A stretch of 64,000 bases of DNA from Patescibacteria group bacterium (GCA_041665505.1 JBAYIR010000001.1:147108-211107), one strand, 5' to 3'; numbered from the stretch's first letter, positions 28,891-37,481 are shown. Translations and numbers: made by a program. The notes: generated from the sequence alone by a model not told the origin.

Positions 28891-30678
28891 ATGACCGAAA
28901 GAGAATTATTACAACAAAAGGAGAACCATATTCTCAAACTTGAAAAAGAAATTGAGAAATGGAAAAAAGCAGTTAAAACTCAAAGATATGGTTTAGTATG
29001 GCTTGATGTGCCCGAAGCGTTTGAAGATGATGTTGAGAACAAATTGCCAATTCTTGAGGAAGTACCTAAAAAAGCTATAAAAAGTATAGACGAAAAACCT
29101 ACACATTTACTCATTGAGGGAGATAACTATCACGCACTTACTTGTTTGAATTACACACACAAAGGAAAGATAGATGTTATTTATATAGACCCACCATACA
29201 ACACGGGTTCGGATGGTTTTAGATATAAAGATAAAAGGATATTAGACCAATATCCCGATGGTACTGAAGTACCAAAAGACCATCCTTTTAGGCATAGCTA
29301 CTGGTTGTCTTTTATGAGTAAAAGATTGGAACTCGCAAAAAGTTTATTAAAAGATACTGGAACTATATTTATTTCAATTAACGAAGACGAATTCGCACAA
29401 CTAAAGTTACTTTGTGACAGAATTTTTGGTCTAGAAAATTATTTGACAATGTTTACTATTAAAGTACGGCACGAGGAGCGTATTCTCAAGGGGGATAAAG
29501 ATTTTCACGAGGTGGTTGAATATCTTTTATTGTACAGAAATTCATCTAACTATAAAACTATAAAAAAAATATATGATAATACTTCTCTAGATGAATATGT
29601 ATATCAGATTATTGAAAAAATAAAAAAACCTAAATCAGTTAAGCTTGGAAATAAAATAGTTGAGTATTTTGAACCATCGCAATATGAAATAAAAAAAGTT
29701 CCAGCAAGTGCAGATAATTTGAAAAAAATAAACATTCGGGGTTCTTTGAAAGAAGGAAATAGTAGTGGCAGATTTTATATGAATTATATCGCTTCTAGGG
29801 GCACTAAGGGAGTGTTGTATAAAGTGCCTAATATGGGAGCGGATAAGTTTGGTTATAGGTATTTTTTGATACCAGCTAAGGAAAATAGATTAAATGGAGA
29901 TTATTTTCAAGGCGTGCCTTTAGATATACAAGATACCAAAGAAGTGCCATATCCTAACTATTTTGACCTTGAAAAAGAGTTTAATAATGTTGGATATGAG
30001 GGAGGTGTTAATTTTGGAGGTGGAAAGAAACCTATAGATTTCCTTAGGCATTTTATTAACATTGGCTCTTTAAATAAAGATGCAATCATATTAGATTTTT
30101 TTGCTGGTTCAGGAAGTACAGGGCACGCAGTTATGCAGATGAATGAAGATGATGAAGGTCATAGGCAGTTCATTTTAGTCACAAATAATAATGAAATTGT
30201 AAAAGATAAAGTTTACCACCCAATGTCTGAAGCGTGTCTACCAAGAATAAAGAATGTGATTAAGGGTTATGATAAAAATCCAAGTTTGGGAAATTCAATC
30301 AAATACTATAAAACTTCTTTTGTTGGTAAACATAACATTCTTGATGCGGATGATAAGGATAAAATACAACTTGCTCATCACGCAGGCGAAATGCTTGCAA
30401 TAGCTGAAAATACCTTAGAGCAAATAAAGAAAAACGACTATTGGCAGATATTTGAAAATACAAACAGAATGACAGCTATATATTTCCGAGAAGAACAAGA
30501 TAGACTTGATGAATTTGTGAAAGAAGTTTTAGCACTCAAAAAACCAGTAACGGTGTATATGTTTAGTTGGGAAGAAAAGGTTGAAATTATCGATTTTGAA
30601 GACATTCACAACATAAGCCTAAAAACTATACCTCAGCCAATTCTTGAAATATATAAGCAGATATATAACATTATTTAG
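28891..30678 (+). CDS. mod: Type III R-M methyltransferase Mod
   Basis: IEGDN, IYIDPPYNTG, LDFFAGSGSTGHA (beta-class order); upstream of res. Confidence 0.92.
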   Translation: MTERELLQQKENHILKLEKEIEKWKKAVKTQRYGLVWLDVPEAFEDDVENKLPILEEVPKKAIKSIDEKPTHLLIEGDNYHALTCLNYTHKGKIDVIYIDPPYNTGSDGFRYKDKRILDQYPDGTEVPKDHPFRHSYWLSFMSKRLELAKSLLKDTGTIFISINEDEFAQLKLLCDRIFGLENYLTMFTIKVRHEERILKGDKDFHEVVEYLLLYRNSSNYKTIKKIYDNTSLDEYVYQIIEKIKKPKSVKLGNKIVEYFEPSQYEIKKVPASADNLKKINIRGSLKEGNSSGRFYMNYIASRGTKGVLYKVPNMGADKFGYRYFLIPAKENRLNGDYFQGVPLDIQDTKEVPYPNYFDLEKEFNNVGYEGGVNFGGGKKPIDFLRHFINIGSLNKDAIILDFFAGSGSTGHAVMQMNEDDEGHRQFILVTNNNEIVKDKVYHPMSEACLPRIKNVIKGYDKNPSLGNSIKYYKTSFVGKHNILDADDKDKIQLAHHAGEMLAIAENTLEQIKKNDYWQIFENTNRMTAIYFREEQDRLDEFVKEVLALKKPVTVYMFSWEEKVEIIDFEDIHNISLKTIPQPILEIYKQIYNII

Positions 30679-30679
30679 T

Positions 30680-33055
30680 ATGAAAAACTTTAACCCATTA
30701 CAATTTCAAAAAACTGCCGTAGAAAATCTTACAGATATATTTATTTCGGTATGGAAGCAACAAGGCAGGCAATTGCCCATTGTTTTGAAATCACCAACTG
30801 GAAGTGGTAAAACGTTTATAACATCACTTTTTGTTCGTGGCCTTAACCATTTACCACAATGGAAAGAAGATAAGGCATTTATTTGGATTACTTTTAGTGA
30901 TGATTTGGCTATGCAGAGCAAAGGAAAATTTCTTGAGTATTTTGAAAATATGCTTGAAAATAGAACTTTAACTGTTGCAGATATAAATCAAGGCAAACTT
31001 TATCCAAATGATATTTTATTCTTGAACTGGCAAAAAGTAATAGCAAAAAATGCAGAGACAAGATTAATTCGTCGTCCAGAAGATGAGGAATGGGCAAAAG
31101 AAACTGGTAAGTACTTTGAAGATGTGATTGAACAAACTCAAGCAGATGGTAGACAAATCATTTTAATTATTGATGAAGCTCATAAAAATAAAGATACAAA
31201 ACTAGCAAAGGACATTATTGATAAAATTGACCCTAAAGTAATTCTTCACATTACAGCAACACCAAATGAAGCGGACGAGCTAAATTCTCGCCGTCTTGGT
31301 AGTTATTATGAAGTTCCAAGAAAAGAGGTAGTTGAGCAAGGGCTAATCAAAGAAGCGATTGTCACTCAAACAGAAGAAGATTTTCAGGGTATGTCAGGCA
31401 AAGACCTTGATGAAATTCTTCTTGAAAATGGAATAAATAAACGAGAAGAGTTAAAAGCCGAATTTAGTGCACTTGGAAAAAATATAAATCCCTTGATGTT
31501 GATACAGATACCAAATGATGATAGTAAACTAATTGAAAAAGGTGAACAAACAAAGGAAGAAATTGTTATAGATTATCTTATTAAGATGAAAGTGCCTAAA
31601 CATAAAATTGCCAAATGGTCTAAGGGACAAGATAAACCAAAAGGACTAGAAGACAATGATGATGAACACGATTTTCTTATTTTTAAACAAACTGCTGGTA
31701 CTGGTTGGGATTGTCCTCGTGCATCTGTACTTGTGATGTTTAGAGAAATACAATCAAATACTTTTTATACTCAAACGGTTGGACGTATTTTGAGAATGCC
31801 AGAACCTCAAGCTAGGGAAGATTATAAAAATAATCCTAATCTTCGCTTGGGTTATTTATATACAAATTATAAACGTAAGGAAGTGGTTATACCAGACCAA
31901 AATCCTGCAAATAAACCACTAACAGAAACTGCCCATCGGAAAAATGGTATAAATAATATAGAGTTATCTTCAGATTATATCTCTCGTTTGGACTACGGTG
32001 ATATTCGCGTATCATCAAAATTTCAAGAGGTATTTAAAACAGAGCTTAATAAACATTTTGGAATTACAAGTAGTGATATTTTAGGTAAAGCTGAAATAAA
32101 GTTAAAAAAAGCAGGCTTAGACCTGACAGATACTTTAGTAAATGAAGTTATAGCCAATGCTCGTTTTGAGGATTACGACAATCTCGCCTTTGATTTTAAA
32201 AAGAAAGGTAGCGATGTTTCTCTTGAAATGTCGGTAAGTGATATTGAAAAAACTTTTAATTATCTTTGTTACCAAATTTTAAAAGAACAAGAAGATAGTA
32301 AGGCTAAATACTCAAATGTTGCTCGTTCTTGGTCGGTGCTAAAACAAGCACTTCGTGTTTGGTTTAAAACTGTTTTAAAAGATGACCATATTTATTGGTA
32401 TAAGATATTTATTAAAGATGTTCGTAAGGGTGCAGAAAGTAAATTTCGTCCAGCAATAACAAAAGCACTTAGAGCTTATAAACCAATATCAGACAGTTTG
32501 CTTGTTGAAAAGAAAAGGAAAGTGGAAGAAAAAGAGTCATATATTTTTACCATACAGAATGAGTATCAATACCCAGAAGATTATAAGATTGTGCCTCAAA
32601 AATTATGTGTCTTAGATAAATTTTATTTACCCGAAGATTATAATGGGCGTAAAAATGAAATTGCTTTTGTTGAGTATCTAGAAAAGAAGAAAGGGAAGAT
32701 TGATTGGTGGTTCAAAAACGGCAATCAAGGTAAAAAATATCTTGGTATTAAATATACAAACTCATCCACAAAAGAAGAAGACTTGTTTTACCCTGATTGG
32801 ATTATTAGTTTTTCAGATGGTCGTATAGGTATTTTTGATACAAAAAAGGGTAATACATTGTTCGATTTTGGAACACCAGAAAAGGCAGATGCACTACAAA
32901 AAAAACTTAGGGTATTTGGCAAAAAGTTTATAGGTGGCATTGCCTACCAAGAAGGAGTTATTTGGTATTACAATGACAGTCCAAAATACTCTTTTAAGGA
33001 AGGAGAATCAGTAAATGACAATAAGCAATGGAAGCCTTTTGAAGATTTATTTTAA
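30680..33055 (+). CDS. res: Type III R-M restriction subunit Res
   Basis: SPTGSGKT, DEAH, TAT, GWDCPRA, QTVGRILR, C-terminal YPDW...FDTK nuclease motif. Confidence 0.9.
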   Translation: MKNFNPLQFQKTAVENLTDIFISVWKQQGRQLPIVLKSPTGSGKTFITSLFVRGLNHLPQWKEDKAFIWITFSDDLAMQSKGKFLEYFENMLENRTLTVADINQGKLYPNDILFLNWQKVIAKNAETRLIRRPEDEEWAKETGKYFEDVIEQTQADGRQIILIIDEAHKNKDTKLAKDIIDKIDPKVILHITATPNEADELNSRRLGSYYEVPRKEVVEQGLIKEAIVTQTEEDFQGMSGKDLDEILLENGINKREELKAEFSALGKNINPLMLIQIPNDDSKLIEKGEQTKEEIVIDYLIKMKVPKHKIAKWSKGQDKPKGLEDNDDEHDFLIFKQTAGTGWDCPRASVLVMFREIQSNTFYTQTVGRILRMPEPQAREDYKNNPNLRLGYLYTNYKRKEVVIPDQNPANKPLTETAHRKNGINNIELSSDYISRLDYGDIRVSSKFQEVFKTELNKHFGITSSDILGKAEIKLKKAGLDLTDTLVNEVIANARFEDYDNLAFDFKKKGSDVSLEMSVSDIEKTFNYLCYQILKEQEDSKAKYSNVARSWSVLKQALRVWFKTVLKDDHIYWYKIFIKDVRKGAESKFRPAITKALRAYKPISDSLLVEKKRKVEEKESYIFTIQNEYQYPEDYKIVPQKLCVLDKFYLPEDYNGRKNEIAFVEYLEKKKGKIDWWFKNGNQGKKYLGIKYTNSSTKEEDLFYPDWIISFSDGRIGIFDTKKGNTLFDFGTPEKADALQKKLRVFGKKFIGGIAYQEGVIWYYNDSPKYSFKEGESVNDNKQWKPFEDLF

Positions 33056-33058
33056 TTT

Positions 33059-34654
33059 ATGAAAGCAATAAATGTCTCAAGAGTATCAACCGAAGAACAA
33101 AAAGAAGCTGGTAATTCTTTGCCTGCTCAGATTGAACGTGTAGACGCTTATTGTAAGAGAAAAGATTTTGAAGTTATTAAATCTTTTAGTTTTGATGAAA
33201 GTGCTTATAAAGATAAGCGAGATGAGTTTGATAAACTACTTGAGTATGTTCAAAAAATAGCCACAAAGGAAAAGGTGGCTGTTTGTTTTGATAAAGTAGA
33301 CAGACTTTCAAGAAGTGTATTTGATAAGAGAGTTGCCGTATTTTATCAAATGGCTTTAGAAGATAAAATAGAGTTGCATTTTGTTTCAGACAATCAAATC
33401 ATAAACGGAAAATTATCGGCAACAGAAAAAAGTGGATTTGGTATGAGCCTTGTAATGGCTAGTTACTATTCAAATGCAATAAGTGATAATGTTAAGAGAG
33501 CATTTGAGCAAAAAAGACGTAATGGAGAATGGACAGGGCAAGTACGCTTAGGGTATTTAAACGTTAGTTTAGACCAAGCAAAAAGATTACGCAAAGACAT
33601 TATCATAGACCCAGACAAAGGGCATCTTATACAGAAAATGTTTGAACTCTATGCTACTGACCAATACTCTTTGAAAACCTTGCAAATTAAAATTAGTGAG
33701 CTTGGTTTGAGAACTCGCTATGGAAATAAACTTTCATTAAGTGGCATAGAAAAAATCATTAAGGACAGTTTTTATTGTGGTATTGCTATGTCAACAAAGT
33801 ATGGTTCTTATGCCCATAAATATCCTCGTTTAATATCAAGAGAACTCTTTGATAAGTGCCAACAGATACGCACCAAACGCAATAAAATGCCCTATAAGGC
33901 ACACTCTAAGGACTTTATGCTAAAAGGCCTGTTAAGATGTAATAATTGTGGTTGTTTAATGAGCCCTCAAAAACAGACTAAGAAAAGTGGACTTGAATTT
34001 ATCTATTATACTTGTACGAATGCCAAAGGTATATGCAAAAAAATATATATACCAGAAAAAGACCTTTTAAAACCAATCTATGATGTTTTAGAAAGATTTG
34101 AGAGTATAAGTGAGGAAGTACAGAATGGTCTTGTTGAGGAATTACGCAAATGTACCGAAATAGAAGTAGTATTTCATAAGGCACAAATAAATCGTATTCG
34201 AACAGATTATGATAATTTAAAAGCGAAGCAAAATAGACTTCTTGATGCATTTTTAGACCAGAGTATTACTAAGGACATCTATGACAAGAAACATCAAGAG
34301 TATCAAGACCAAATACAAACTTTAGAAATTGAAATGTCTGAACATCAGAAAGCAGATTTTGATTACAAAACTACTGTCGCTACAGTCATTTCCGTAGCAC
34401 GCAGAGCAAAAACTATATTTGAAAATAGTTCTGAAGTTGCTGGAAAAAGAACATTTTTGAGTTACATACTTCAGAACCCGATTGTAACAGGTAGAATACT
34501 TACCTTTGACCTCAAAAAACCCTTTGATTTAGTGCTAAGTCTTGCTGATAACCAAAGAAAAAAGACTATCGTTTCTGATAGTCATCTTTCTTGGCTCGGG
34601 GACAGGGATTCGAACCCCGGTTGGCTGGACCAAAACCAGCTGTCCTACCACTAG
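33059..34654 (+). CDS. Large serine recombinase, integrated form with tail read antisense through tRNA-Gln
   Basis: SRVSTEEQ, DRLSR, helix E, recombinase domain, CNNCG...YYTC zinc ribbon, coiled coil. Confidence 0.93.
   Translation: MKAINVSRVSTEEQKEAGNSLPAQIERVDAYCKRKDFEVIKSFSFDESAYKDKRDEFDKLLEYVQKIATKEKVAVCFDKVDRLSRSVFDKRVAVFYQMALEDKIELHFVSDNQIINGKLSATEKSGFGMSLVMASYYSNAISDNVKRAFEQKRRNGEWTGQVRLGYLNVSLDQAKRLRKDIIIDPDKGHLIQKMFELYATDQYSLKTLQIKISELGLRTRYGNKLSLSGIEKIIKDSFYCGIAMSTKYGSYAHKYPRLISRELFDKCQQIRTKRNKMPYKAHSKDFMLKGLLRCNNCGCLMSPQKQTKKSGLEFIYYTCTNAKGICKKIYIPEKDLLKPIYDVLERFESISEEVQNGLVEELRKCTEIEVVFHKAQINRIRTDYDNLKAKQNRLLDAFLDQSITKDIYDKKHQEYQDQIQTLEIEMSEHQKADFDYKTTVATVISVARRAKTIFENSSEVAGKRTFLSYILQNPIVTGRILTFDLKKPFDLVLSLADNQRKKTIVSDSHLSWLGDRDSNPGWLDQNQLSYH
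34552..34583 (-). terminator. Element-supplied tRNA terminator inside the recombinase gene
   Basis: Minus strand gactatc-agaaac-gatagtc followed by ttttttcttt, about 8 nt after the tRNA CCA. Confidence 0.7.
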
Positions 34655-34665
34655 ACGATCCCCGA
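34592..34665 (-). tRNA. tRNA-Gln(UUG)
   Basis: Minus strand tcgggga..tagtggtagga..gctgg-ttTTGgt-ccagc..ggttcgaatcc..tccccga-g-cca. Confidence 0.97.
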
Positions 34666-34685
34666 ATATTGTATAAAACAAAAAA

Positions 34686-34714
34686 ATTATAGTATATATT
34701 TAATTTTTAGTCAA
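34686..34714 (-). promoter_or_regulatory. tRNA-Gln promoter
   Basis: TTGACT, 17 bp spacer, TATAAT. Confidence 0.75.
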
Positions 34715-34795
34715 TGGAAAGAGGACCCCGAGACGCTATGTAGCATCATGTATTCGGGGCCCCCTTGTCGGTCAGCTGGTTGTCCTAGCTAGTAG

Positions 34796-35029
34796 CTAGT
34801 CCAGCCAGCTATCGCCGGTCGGATCGCAGCAGTTGTCTTCCATCATGATCTGCCAGATGCAGATCCAACCGAAGCGGTTGAAGCCGAACTCGAGTGCCAG
34901 GTCGCATCCCCAGGGCATGAGCCCACCGGCGTGGGCAGTCCGGGGCACCGTGGCGATACCCAGAGCCGTGATCAGGGTAATGGTCGCGAGGACCCTCCCG
35001 ATCTTCTTTTTCAGGCTTTTCGGAAACAT
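34796..35029 (-). CDS. Small secreted Cys/Trp-rich peptide
   Basis: SD gaggga. Sec signal ending AHA. 43-aa mature part with four Cys. Confidence 0.65.
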   Translation of the reverse strand: MFPKSLKKKIGRVLATITLITALGIATVPRTAHAGGLMPWGCDLALEFGFNRFGWICIWQIMMEDNCCDPTGDSWLD

Positions 35030-35110
35030 GGTTTCCCTCTCTGTGGGGTGTGGTGTTGTGGCTGTTTACCACAACAAGTTAGCCGGAGTCTTATCCTCCT
35101 CTCTGGTAAA

Positions 35111-35776
35111 CTATTTGAAGTCTACCTTGACACGGTGATCTTCCACCACCAGTTTGTCTGTGGTGGTTACCCTCAAAACCTCCATGCCGAAGTAGGAGCT
35201 TGGTAGCCTCACCAGAACCACGTTAGGCAGGTCGGGTGAAGCACCTTTGTTGAACTTGTTGTCCATTCTGACTGGACCATCGCGGGTGTCTTTCCAATCA
35301 TCGGACGGACGATGTTTCTTGATGCAGATGATGCCGATATCCGGTACCTGGATTTCGCTGCCATCACCACCTCTGATGGTAAAGATCAATGCTCCAACCT
35401 CGTTGAAGAGTAGGTCAACTTGGTCAGGAATATACACACCAAGCCTGTAGACTATGACCTGCTCGCGTGCCAATGTGGCACTCAATTTGAGACTGGGTAT
35501 CTCATCGACCATGATTTCAAGCTGCTCTTTGATAAACTCTACCCGTTCTTCTCGTTGTAGTCTACGACCTCTTTGCCTTTCTTCTATTTGGATGGCCGTG
35601 CCAAGTTGAGGTTTCAGGTTATCGATGGGCCTGCTCCAGCTTTCATTGTAGCCAGAGAAGATCAGGACACCATCAGGAGTCTGGTTGATAGGAACGAAGT
35701 TGGCCTTGGCTTGTGCAACTGTGCTAGCGAGTAGCATCAGGCCGAGACACGCGAGAAACATGAATGTGTTTCGCAT
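35111..35776 (-). CDS. GC-rich secreted hypothetical protein
   Basis: Signal peptide ending in an AxA motif; SD gaggt; start overlaps the upstream stop. Confidence 0.7.
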   Translation of the reverse strand: MRNTFMFLACLGLMLLASTVAQAKANFVPINQTPDGVLIFSGYNESWSRPIDNLKPQLGTAIQIEERQRGRRLQREERVEFIKEQLEIMVDEIPSLKLSATLAREQVIVYRLGVYIPDQVDLLFNEVGALIFTIRGGDGSEIQVPDIGIICIKKHRPSDDWKDTRDGPVRMDNKFNKGASPDLPNVVLVRLPSSYFGMEVLRVTTTDKLVVEDHRVKVDFK

Positions 35777-36057
35777 TAGCGATTACCTCTCTGCGGGTTA
35801 GGGTTCTTCGCATCCAGATTCTTGGTGTTGAAGACCGAGTTCTGGACTCTTGCTTCTGCATCAGCAATAGCTTCGCAACGCCAGGTGCCGTCTTTGTTGA
35901 CACACCGGTAGCTCTTACCATCTACAACGAAGACCTTGGTACTGTCAGGGATGACAGTGGTGTCACGAAACTGTGGGTGGTAGCTGTAACCACAACCAGT
36001 GATTAAGACCAGCATCAGGATGACGCCGATCAATTTGACGACGATTTTTTCAAACAT
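35776..36057 (-). CDS. GC-rich small lipoprotein
   Basis: SD aaggagg; lipobox LITGC. Confidence 0.7.
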   Translation of the reverse strand: MFEKIVVKLIGVILMLVLITGCGYSYHPQFRDTTVIPDSTKVFVVDGKSYRCVNKDGTWRCEAIADAEARVQNSVFNTKNLDAKNPNPQRGNR

Positions 36058-36214
36058 GCGGCGCCTCCTTAGTGGCGTTTTGCTTGGCGTTTTGCTCTTA
36101 CTGCGATTCGTGTTGTTAGAGAACTGTTATGCTAATTTCATTATACATAAAATAACACTTAATTCAAGTATATTTCTTTATTTTTGTCAATAGATAAGTT
36201 ATGAAAATAAAGGT

Positions 36215-36259
36215 GGGGCTCGTCACACAACTGGGGGGAGTGTTGAAGTGACGAGCCCC
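36215..36259 (-). terminator. Long-loop terminator-like hairpin
   Basis: 12-bp stem ggggctcgtcac / gtgacgagcccc followed by acctttattttc on the minus strand. Confidence 0.6.
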
Positions 36260-36334
36260 GGTCTGCCCTCTAGGGGCAGTTTTTTGGTAGCTCTATACAG
36301 CTACGCAAGAGAAGACAATAAGACTAGTGTCTGG

Positions 36335-36400
36335 CTACTTCCTGAGCCACCAGAACAGATCCAGGAGCGCCAGCCCCATGAAGATCACTTCGTAATGCAT
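36335..36400 (-). CDS. 21-aa hydrophobic peptide, Fst/Ldr-like (not in ORF track)
   Basis: SD AAAGGAGGTG 5 nt before the ATG; MHYEVIFMGLALLDLFWWLRK*. Confidence 0.6.
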   Translation of the reverse strand: MHYEVIFMGLALLDLFWWLRK

Positions 36401-36449
36401 TATGCCACCTCCTTTCATACAATGGGAGTCTCACCCCCCAGTTGTATGA

Positions 36450-36854
36450 TCAGTGGTTGGCCATGCTCAACTGGTGAACGTAGTCAACCAGACGACCGAC
36501 ATTGAGCGGTTTGGGCATACAGAAGACCCCATACTCGCTCATCAGCCGTTCGATCTTGGTGTTGGGGTAGCGGTGGCTCATAGCCAGGGTGGTGATGTGC
36601 ACGCCAGCAGAGGTGAGAATCTCCATGAACCTCTCACTGTCGACATCCAGACACTCGATGATGATCACGTCAGGCAGAGGATCCCAGTTCAGCATCTTGC
36701 GGATCACCTTCGTGGTGTCGAGTTGAGCTCTGTAGATCTGGCCGTCAACCTGCTCGATGTTGGTCAGGACTTCATGTCCTTCGGACTCCAGGCCAAAGGC
36801 CATGGTCATGGCCGTATCCGGGTCGCTGTCGAAGATGAAAACGCGCTTCTTCAT
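36450..36854 (-). CDS. Stand-alone receiver (CheY-like) domain with Asp-to-Glu at the phosphoacceptor site
   Basis: RVFIFDSD, PDVIIIE, MPKPL; SD aggag. Confidence 0.8.
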   Translation of the reverse strand: MKKRVFIFDSDPDTAMTMAFGLESEGHEVLTNIEQVDGQIYRAQLDTTKVIRKMLNWDPLPDVIIIECLDVDSERFMEILTSAGVHITTLAMSHRYPNTKIERLMSEYGVFCMPKPLNVGRLVDYVHQLSMANH

Positions 36855-36868
36855 GGTTTTGCTCCTAG

Positions 36869-36945
36869 CTGAAGTGTCGGTTACGCTACTGGCTCAGGAT
36901 TGTCCAAGCGTCCAAATACAGACAATCCGTCTTCGCCTCACTCAG
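36869..36945 (-). ncRNA. c-di-GMP-II-like riboswitch, copy 3
   Basis: GAGGC-GAAGAC-GGAUUGUC..UGGACGCUU-GGACAAUCC-UGAGCC-AGUAGCGUAACCGAC; directly adjacent to the SD of the receiver gene. Confidence 0.82.
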
Positions 36946-36974
36946 TCTCTCCTGTGTCGCCGATGAAGCTGATT

Positions 36975-37145
36975 TCAGTCAGACAGGCCTTTCTGTAGGG
37001 CTTTGGCCAGTTCATCTTCGTTCAGGTGACGCGTCGCAAACCTGACCTGCCGATACAATACCTTGGTATCGTAGTCCAGGTTTTCGTTGAGCCGGGCAAT
37101 GTGCTCTTGCACAATCTTGATATTCCGCCGGTGTTGGGGGCTCAT
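36975..37145 (-). CDS. Small helical hypothetical protein (56 aa)
   Basis: SD gggag before ATG 37145; MSPQHRRNIKIVQEHIARLNE... Confidence 0.6.
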   Translation of the reverse strand: MSPQHRRNIKIVQEHIARLNENLDYDTKVLYRQVRFATRHLNEDELAKALQKGLSD

Positions 37146-37175
37146 AGTATTCACACTCCCTGTTTTTGGGTAACA

Positions 37176-37200
37176 CAAAACACCTCAAAGAGGCGTTTTG
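37176..37200 (-). terminator. Hairpin following riboswitch copy 2
   Basis: caaaacgcctc-ttt-gaggtgttttg. Confidence 0.6.
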
Positions 37201-37220
37201 GCTAAGTATAACACAGCAAA

Positions 37221-37290
37221 AGTGCCGGTTACGCTACTAGCTCCAGATTGTCCAAGCGTCCAGATACAGACAATCCTTCTTCGCCTCACT
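37221..37290 (-). ncRNA. c-di-GMP-II-like riboswitch, copy 2
   Basis: AGUG-AGGC-GAAGAAG-GAUUGUC..GGACGCUU-GGACAAUC-UGGAGCU-AGUAGCGUAACCGG-CACU. Confidence 0.82.
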
Positions 37291-37318
37291 GCTTCTCTTA
37301 TTTTGGTAAAGAACTTAG

Positions 37319-37354
37319 TTTACAAAAAAATACCCTTTCAGGCATTTCTGTAAA
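37319..37354 (-). terminator. Terminator expression platform of riboswitch copy 1
   Basis: aaatgcct-gaaa-gggtattt followed by ttttg. Its 5' arm aatgcc is complementary to the ggcatt end of aptamer 1. Confidence 0.7.
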
Positions 37355-37383
37355 TTAAGCTCTCAATATTGAGATTTATTACG

Positions 37384-37455
37384 CAATGCCGGTTACGCTA
37401 CTAGCTCCAGATTGTCCAAGCGTCCAGATACAGACAATCCTTCAAAGCCTCATTG
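37384..37455 (-). ncRNA. c-di-GMP-II-like riboswitch, copy 1
   Basis: P1 CAAUG/CAUUG; same core as copies 2 and 3; pseudoknot ACGCU/AGCGU. Confidence 0.82.
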
Positions 37456-37481
37456 AATGATATTTATTGTAAATTATTAAT

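Larger units (their letters stand above)
24683..34597. mobile_element. Integrative element at tRNA-Gln 3' end (serine recombinase, Rep, Xis, Type III R-M)
   Basis: Direct repeat ttggctc at 24683-24689 and 34591-34597 (the tRNA 3' end). The recombinase frame continues across the junction. Plasmid-like and defence cargo. Confidence 0.85.

Noticed and set aside
36869-37455. Three ~65-bp repeats as a CRISPR array
   Set aside because: Repeats are too long, spacing is irregular, one gap holds an ORF, and there are no cas genes. A riboswitch fold explains them.
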